From the NCBI GenBank assembly GCA_951406725.2, contig OX597833.1:11594001-11658000 (forward strand): a stretch of DNA of 64,000 nt, written 5' to 3'. A program made the position numbers and the translations under genes. Shown one piece after another: positions 57,130 through 64,000 of the stretch; within the stretch, counting starts at the first letter, position 1, and the number at the start of each line of letters is the position of its first letter. The notes beneath the pieces are model-generated. The model was given only the letters and a program-made list of their open reading frames with translations, made no database searches and was not told the origin of the DNA. The DNA is from Octopus vulgaris (taxonomy: Eukaryota).

Positions 57130-58850
57130 ATTAGACTTTTGGTAAACTAACATCGTCTTATAAGTAACCTTAGATCTCAAGAACCCTCCTACCCGGCTAC
57201 AACAAGTAACCTTAAATGTCAAGAACCCTCCGATGAATTCTGGCTTTCCCTAATAAAACAGTTTTCTGAAGCTGTACGAAACAGCGTTTCATGCCTTTTC
57301 CTCTCTCCACCTCTTCAGATCTTTTGGGATAGTCAATTATCTAGACAATTTCTATTCTCTTTATCTACTACTACTACTGCTACTACAACTACTACAATTA
57401 ATATTACTACAACTACTACTACTGCTGCTGTACTACTACTCTTTCTACTATTACTACTACTACTACTACTACTACAACTAATACTACTACAAGTACTTCT
57501 ACTACTACTGCTGCTACTACTACTATTTCTACTACTACTACTACTACTACTGCTGCTGCTACTACTACTACTACTACTACCACTACTACTACTGCTGCTA
57601 CAACTACTACCACTACTACTACTATTACCAATTCATGCTTTCTAGCTTCTTTTACAGTGTCAGTCTGTATATTAAAGTCCCACAATATTTTATATCTCTT
57701 ACATTCTGGTACTGTACTAGGTTCATGTCCATACCAGTTATCGGTACGTTCAAATCCTAGCTTTCCTACATCCCTCCCAATGGATTACTTCCCTAGATTG
57801 TCATGTCTTTTCTTCTATTCTTTCTCTGCCAGCATGCTAAATTCACTTACTATATGTGTAACGCTTTTCTCTGTTGATTTCCCTAAACTACATTGGGAAT
57901 CTATTTTGTTTTTGTCTATCTTGGCTTTTATCAAATTAGTCCTTAATGATTGATCTTGTGCCGCTACTAACAAACATTGTCTCCCGCACCAGCTTTCGTT
58001 TCTGCAACCATCACCATGTCTCACTACTACAATTTTCTCCAACTATCTTTGGGAATCTACCATGCAATGCCTTCTACCAATCAGATCATTTCTGTCAATT
58101 TTATTCGTTTTTTAGTTCGATCGAGGGTTTGGTGTCCTTATGTTTTGTGACACTAGCAGCTTTTAATAAACTTTCTTCACTCTTACCTACATAGGGACCT
58201 ATATCTAATCTTGCTAACTCCACAAAGTCTCCTACTGATATTAACCCTCTTCCGCCTTCCTTTCTATGTAAGTACAATTTCGCTACTCCTGCCTTCGGGT
58301 GGAGTCATCCGTTCATATTGAATTCCTTCCTACATCTTCTCTCTCCCGTTGCTAATTCAGATTTTGTCTCATCTACAAAAGCTGCTAAGTAATGTGAGTG
58401 TCCGAGCATTTACAGCCTTCACTAGATTCGAACCATTTAGCTTTGACTTCATTAACTTCCTCACATTTCCGATCTACTCCTTTTCAATTTTCGCATTCAT
58501 TTCTCTAATTAGTACCCTGTAACGTTCTAATATTCCTAGATACTAATAACTCTCTCCTCCTTTCAATCGCTTTAATGTCTCTCCATTTGTAATTGGACGC
58601 CTTCACCGTTGGCTGCCTGTCCCCTTCCCAAAACTTATATTGCACACTTATCTATGCCAAATTGTATGCCTATATCTTTGCTGAAGTGCCTTATAGTCTG
58701 TATTATGTATCTATCTTTTTTCATATTTACTAAAAGGCAACAGATCATCCATGTAGAGCAAATGATTAATTTTTCGTTTATTATTTCTGAACTGATAGCC
58801 TACCTTTCTCTTATATTGTTAATATTATTATCTACCTTTCTATCTTCCAT
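57130..58850 (-). mobile_element. Decayed R4/Dong-like (restriction-like endonuclease) LINE 3' part, interrupted by (TAC)n
   Basis: HLLYMDDL at ~58741-58764, AAQDQSLRTN..CSLG..SVTHIVS, WDFNIQTD, and C-terminal LQKTVLLGKARIHRRVL at ~57220-57275. Confidence 0.75.
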
Positions 58851-59077
58851 TCACGCTCCTCTTCCAGTCATGTCGCCATGCTGGAGACCGTTGTACTCTG
58901 CATATTTCTTTCCTTCACCATTTTTTTAACTCTTAATCCTTTGTGTTGAGGTGCGTAGGCTGGAATGTAAAAGACTTTCCTATTTTACCCAAACGTTAAA
59001 CAAATACATCTGCATGATTTTCCTACGCCTGTCTTCGTCTGTTGATCTCTGTAAGATTCTCTCTCTCTCTCTCTCTT

Positions 59078-59118
<41 letters not shown>

Positions 59119-59150
59119 ATATATATATATGTATGTATGTATATATGTAA

Positions 59151-59195
<45 letters not shown>

Positions 59196-59283
59196 TATAT
59201 CTATCTATATATATATATATGTATATATATATATCTCTATTTGTCTATATCTTGGTAAACTTTGCAAATTTTACATTTCTGTA

Positions 59284-59354
<71 letters not shown>

Positions 59355-59653
59355 TGATAATAATAATTTACAAGCTTAAATCCGTGTATTCACAGAGAAT
59401 CACTCGACGGAAAATGAGTCGGGTTTACTGTATGCATGGGACACGAACCTATATGAGGTGTGGAAAGGATATGTAAATATTGGCTAAAAATTGTTAATCA
59501 GACGAACAGTACTATGTCACGAATACATAAATGTGTGGGTTCCATGCCTACGGCAAAACCTGCGTTTGTCCGTCGAGGGCTCATATGCCTCACTATTAGA
59601 CTATTTACTTTAGTCTTAAAATATGGATATTTACGATATATACATACATACAT

Positions 59654-60180
<527 letters not shown>

Positions 60181-60483
60181 TTTTTATTTTACATTATTAG
60201 CGAAAATTGGGGGGGAAATCTCGGGAACAGTGAAAAATTTTCTGAACAATTCTGTTTCACAGATGCAAAGTTGCATTGAGTAATTTTGTGTGAGCTTATT
60301 GTTTATTCTTTTTTCTTTTGTTGATCTCAGAATAAACTTTTAAAAGCAACAAAATACAATTTTACAAACCGTTCCTCAATAAAAGGGCGCTATAAATTAC
60401 GATAATTAAGATTTATTTTTAAGTTAATATTAAGATATTTATAAATCTCTGGACGAGTTATAGACAGTAACTGCACGACAATG

Positions 60484-60711
60484 TGAGGTATATTTGCCAT
60501 CTCAATATGGCTAACCATTAAGGGAGGGTGTTACTGTAGCTTGTAGCCCTAGGAGAACATCTCCTCCAGCTGGCTACCTCCCTTTGCAAATACTGACAGG
60601 GCACAGAAAGCGTGCCTATAGCCAGCTGGAGGTGATGTTCTCCTGGGGCTACAAGCTACAGTAACATCAACCCTTAGTGGTTAGCCATATTGAGATGACA
60701 AATATACCTCA
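60484..60711. mobile_element. Fold-back palindromic element, copy 3
   Basis: tgaggtatatttgccatctc...gagatgacaaatatacctca. Confidence 0.8.
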
Positions 60712-61652
60712 AATTAGATATTTATGTTGCACAGTAAAATAGGGTACCATATTAAACCTCGTAATTTTTTATATTTTGATCTTATTTCACAATTTAAAAC
60801 TTGAATATATAAAGATGCTATTTTAAAATTAGCATATTAGCGTTCATATATTAAATGGCATCACTGCATATGCATGACTGATATACGTAAAACCATACAT
60901 ACACATCTGTACCTATTCACACATACATACATACATAAATACATACATACATACGTACATACATACAAACATACATACATACATACATACATACATGCAT
61001 GTATGCATACATAAATTCATGTATGCAAACATACATTCATGCATGGATGCATGCATACATACATACATATATACATGCATACATACATACATACATACAT
61101 ACATACATACATACATACATACATACATACATACATGCATATATGCAAACATACATTCATGCATGGATGCATGCATACATACATATATACATGCATAGAT
61201 ACATACATACATACATACATACATACATAAATACATACATACATATATACAAAAATACCCTGTTGATGCTGTTGAAAATCCAATGAAGGATACATGGATC
61301 TTGGTTAAATGCCGTCGCTTTTTCTATTGGCAAGAATTATTCTCTTAAAACCGAATAATGATATACATACATATATACATATATACACACATACATACAT
61401 GCATACATGTATACTGAGAGATATTTAAAGCTTGTCATTATCACTAGCTTAAAATATTCTTGTTTTATAAATAATAGCAACACATACAGGTATGGTGTCT
61501 CCCATTTGATACTGAATTTCCAAGTTCTCCTTCCGTGTCGACTGCATGTGTATGATAGAATTCTATCGTTGTAATTCGATTAAATTCGTTTATATTTAAT
61601 CACTTCTCTTACATCGATGAAGCATATTAGACCCATAAAACCTACTTTGACC

Positions 61653-61685
<33 letters not shown>

Positions 61686-61687
<2 letters not shown>

Positions 61688-62268
61688 GTTATATAATTAG
61701 GGTTCAGTAAAATAATTTACTTTACCACACACCGAACTTTTAGAAATAGCAGCCAAAAATCTTAGCTATTGCTTCTACTATAAGAAGAATCTCCCAGACG
61801 ATGCATACTCTAAAATAACTCACACGGGTATAGAGGGAAAAATAACGAAAGATCATACGTACATAAGATTATCTGAGAACGGCCGTTTTTGGATGCGAGG
61901 CCTCATTTGTATTTTTGAATTCGTTCGTACTGGTGGTCGAAGATGGTTTTTCTAGGATTACTCATATCAGGCGGGTATGTTCGATTTTTAGTGCTCTCAA
62001 ATATAAATCAAAAGAAATCTTTGAGCTGACGAAGGAAATGTTGATCTTTATATTCAACTAATCCAGAAACGGCCGTTCCCAGGTAATCTTATGTACGTGT
62101 GATCTTTCGTTATTTTTCCCTCTATACCTGTGTGAGTTATTTTTGAGTATGCATTGTCTGGGAGTTTTTCTTATAGTAGAAGAAATAGCTAAGATTTTTG
62201 GCTGCTATTTCTAAAAGTTCAGTGTGTGGTAAAGTAAATTATTTTACTGAAACCTAATTATATAACGT
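61686..62268. repeat. ~208-bp inverted repeat (61686-61894 / 62061-62268) between (TA)n tracts
   Basis: Arms are reverse complements with scattered mismatches; hammerhead-like motif at the inner boundary. Confidence 0.85.
62023..62080 (+). ncRNA. Hammerhead-like motif at the inner end of a long inverted repeat
   Basis: gag-CTGACGA-agga..gttga/tcaac..tcca-GAAA-cggccg-TT-ccc (the other arm implies ctc, restoring helix I). Confidence 0.55.
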
Positions 62269-62361
62269 AATGTTTCAAATATACCGTAAATGGTCTTTTC
62301 ACATACTGAACACTACCAGGTAAAATTAATTAATAATTTATTAGTTTTACCCTTTTATTAT

Positions 62362-62419
<58 letters not shown>

Positions 62420-63907
62420 CAATCTCAATTTCGTCCTCGAACTAAGGTTAATTTGAAAAAAGCTACAAAATAAATCCTACAGCCATGTCAGATTTCAGCA
62501 TAGACCCATCATTTTCCTTTTGTAGTGGCGGGTTGCATATGCAGCTGCGCATGCTCTGTACAGCTTAAACACATGTCGGTCGTTTTAACTGTCTAATTAT
62601 GCTGCATAACTAACAACTGAATCAAAAGAAAAATTTGAAGATTTACTAGCGTCCCATGTTTTCCATAATTGTCTAGAAATTACACTCACGAAGATATTCA
62701 TAACCCAAAGAAGCGAATCCGGATTTGCCCATCGGAATAATTACTTCGGGATTGTAAACACAAAGTTCACTTTGATGTGTATTGCAACGTGATGTTGTTA
62801 GCCTTCGTTTATCTGAGAAATATTCGACACACTCCAACAGACACTCATGAATCCTATTGGATATAACGTGACGGTCACAACATCTCAGCCTTCTTACACA
62901 CAGCATCCGTGCTTGCCCTGACTATATTTGCTCTCTTTACTCTCACTTTTATGGGTGTTGTATTCGTTTCGCATGAAATGTATTCAGCTTCTAGGATCCA
63001 TCCTTTCTTCGAGTCTGGTATGTTTACGTAGCGGATCGAAAAAATCGTCATATTTGATGTTCTCTGCTGCTGAAATGAGGCCATTTTGTCTGGTTGATTT
63101 CTTTTCTTATTCTTGTATATCAGCGTTTAGTGTATGATGTGAGTGTTCTGTGTATCGACTTCCATTTTGTCATATTCTGTGGAGAGGTGGGAAGGTTGTG
63201 ATTTAGATTTAGGATTGGCAGGACCAATACTTATTTCGACTGTCTTTTGAAGGATTCATCGTGTGAATTCCACAGTCTCAGAAACTTTAAAATATACATT
63301 TAGTGATATTTCTAAAGTAGACGATAAATAGGTTTTATAAGAGATGGGGTAAGAATAGAACGGAAAGTTTCCTGATTAATAACGGCAAATAGAATGGATT
63401 GTGTGGAAGTATCTGGTTGTTGTTGAAAGAATCAGTTAAGTTCTGTGCGAAGTAATGTAGCGGTTCATGGCTCCTTGTCAGAATCCGAGTTGTAATTTGA
63501 AAACCAAGACGCCTGAGATAGTAGCGTCAAGCATTATATTTTATAAGGCTGGGCCAGAAAAGCTGATATAATTCTATGGAGGTACTTTATTTGGGGATTT
63601 TGCTGAATCATGAGACAGAAGACAAAATACTGTTAAACGAAATAGCATTTTACTTCAACATTGAATTTGGTAAACTGAAATTTTACAAAATGTGATCTAG
63701 AATTTTTCAGGCAGATTAAGATTTTTACTTCGGGATATTTCTGGCATTCAACGTCGCCTCTTTTGTAAAGCTCTGAAAACTAGTACACAAGTTTATTGTA
63801 ACGATAGACATAATTTAAAGAAAATATTAGGTAACACAATTAAAATTTTATATTATTTATTGTAATTCACAGACATCTTTTCATATGGAAGCGAATTTAA
63901 TTTCTAT

Positions 63908-64000
63908 TCAATGTTTACTGCACACAACGCAGGTTAATTCTCGACCATTGACATACGGTGGACATGGCAATGAACCACAACCAGCCTGAACGAAATACAA
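63908..64000 (-). CDS. Paralog D, 3' end of exon 4 (gene continues right of the window)
   Basis: LYFVQAGCGSLPCPPYVNGRELTCVVCSKH*; 3' flank ~63220-63900 is homologous to the 3' flank of C (~45380-45920). Confidence 0.85.
   Translation of the reverse strand: MYFVQAGCGSLPCPPYVNGRELTCVVCSKH

Overview
Eukaryotic (metazoan, most likely octopus/cephalopod by repeat content - inference) genomic DNA that is very rich in microsatellites; most ORFs in the track are translations of simple repeats. The window holds a head-to-tail tandem array of at least four paralogous minus-strand, 4-exon genes. Each encodes a ~255-aa protein with an N-terminal hydrophobic anchor/signal, a short linker and a Cys-rich C-terminal domain of the 'short-chain collagen C4-like' (NC1-like) type, with no collagen helix. 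Copy B (37708-22454) is intact. Copy A has an in-frame stop and a duplicated first exon, copy C has a nonsense codon and a mutated acceptor, and only the 3' end of copy D is in the window. Introns and spacers hold a near full-length Helitron, a full-length Tx1/L1-type LINE inserted in a (GATA)n tract, remnants of mariner, Tc1, hAT, RTE, R4/Dong and Helitron elements, tRNA-derived SINEs, and many short palindromic or direct-repeat elements embedded in (TA)n tracts. Several of the latter carry type I hammerhead ribozyme motifs with palindromic helix III (Penelope-like/retrozyme-like). All coordinates were read by eye.
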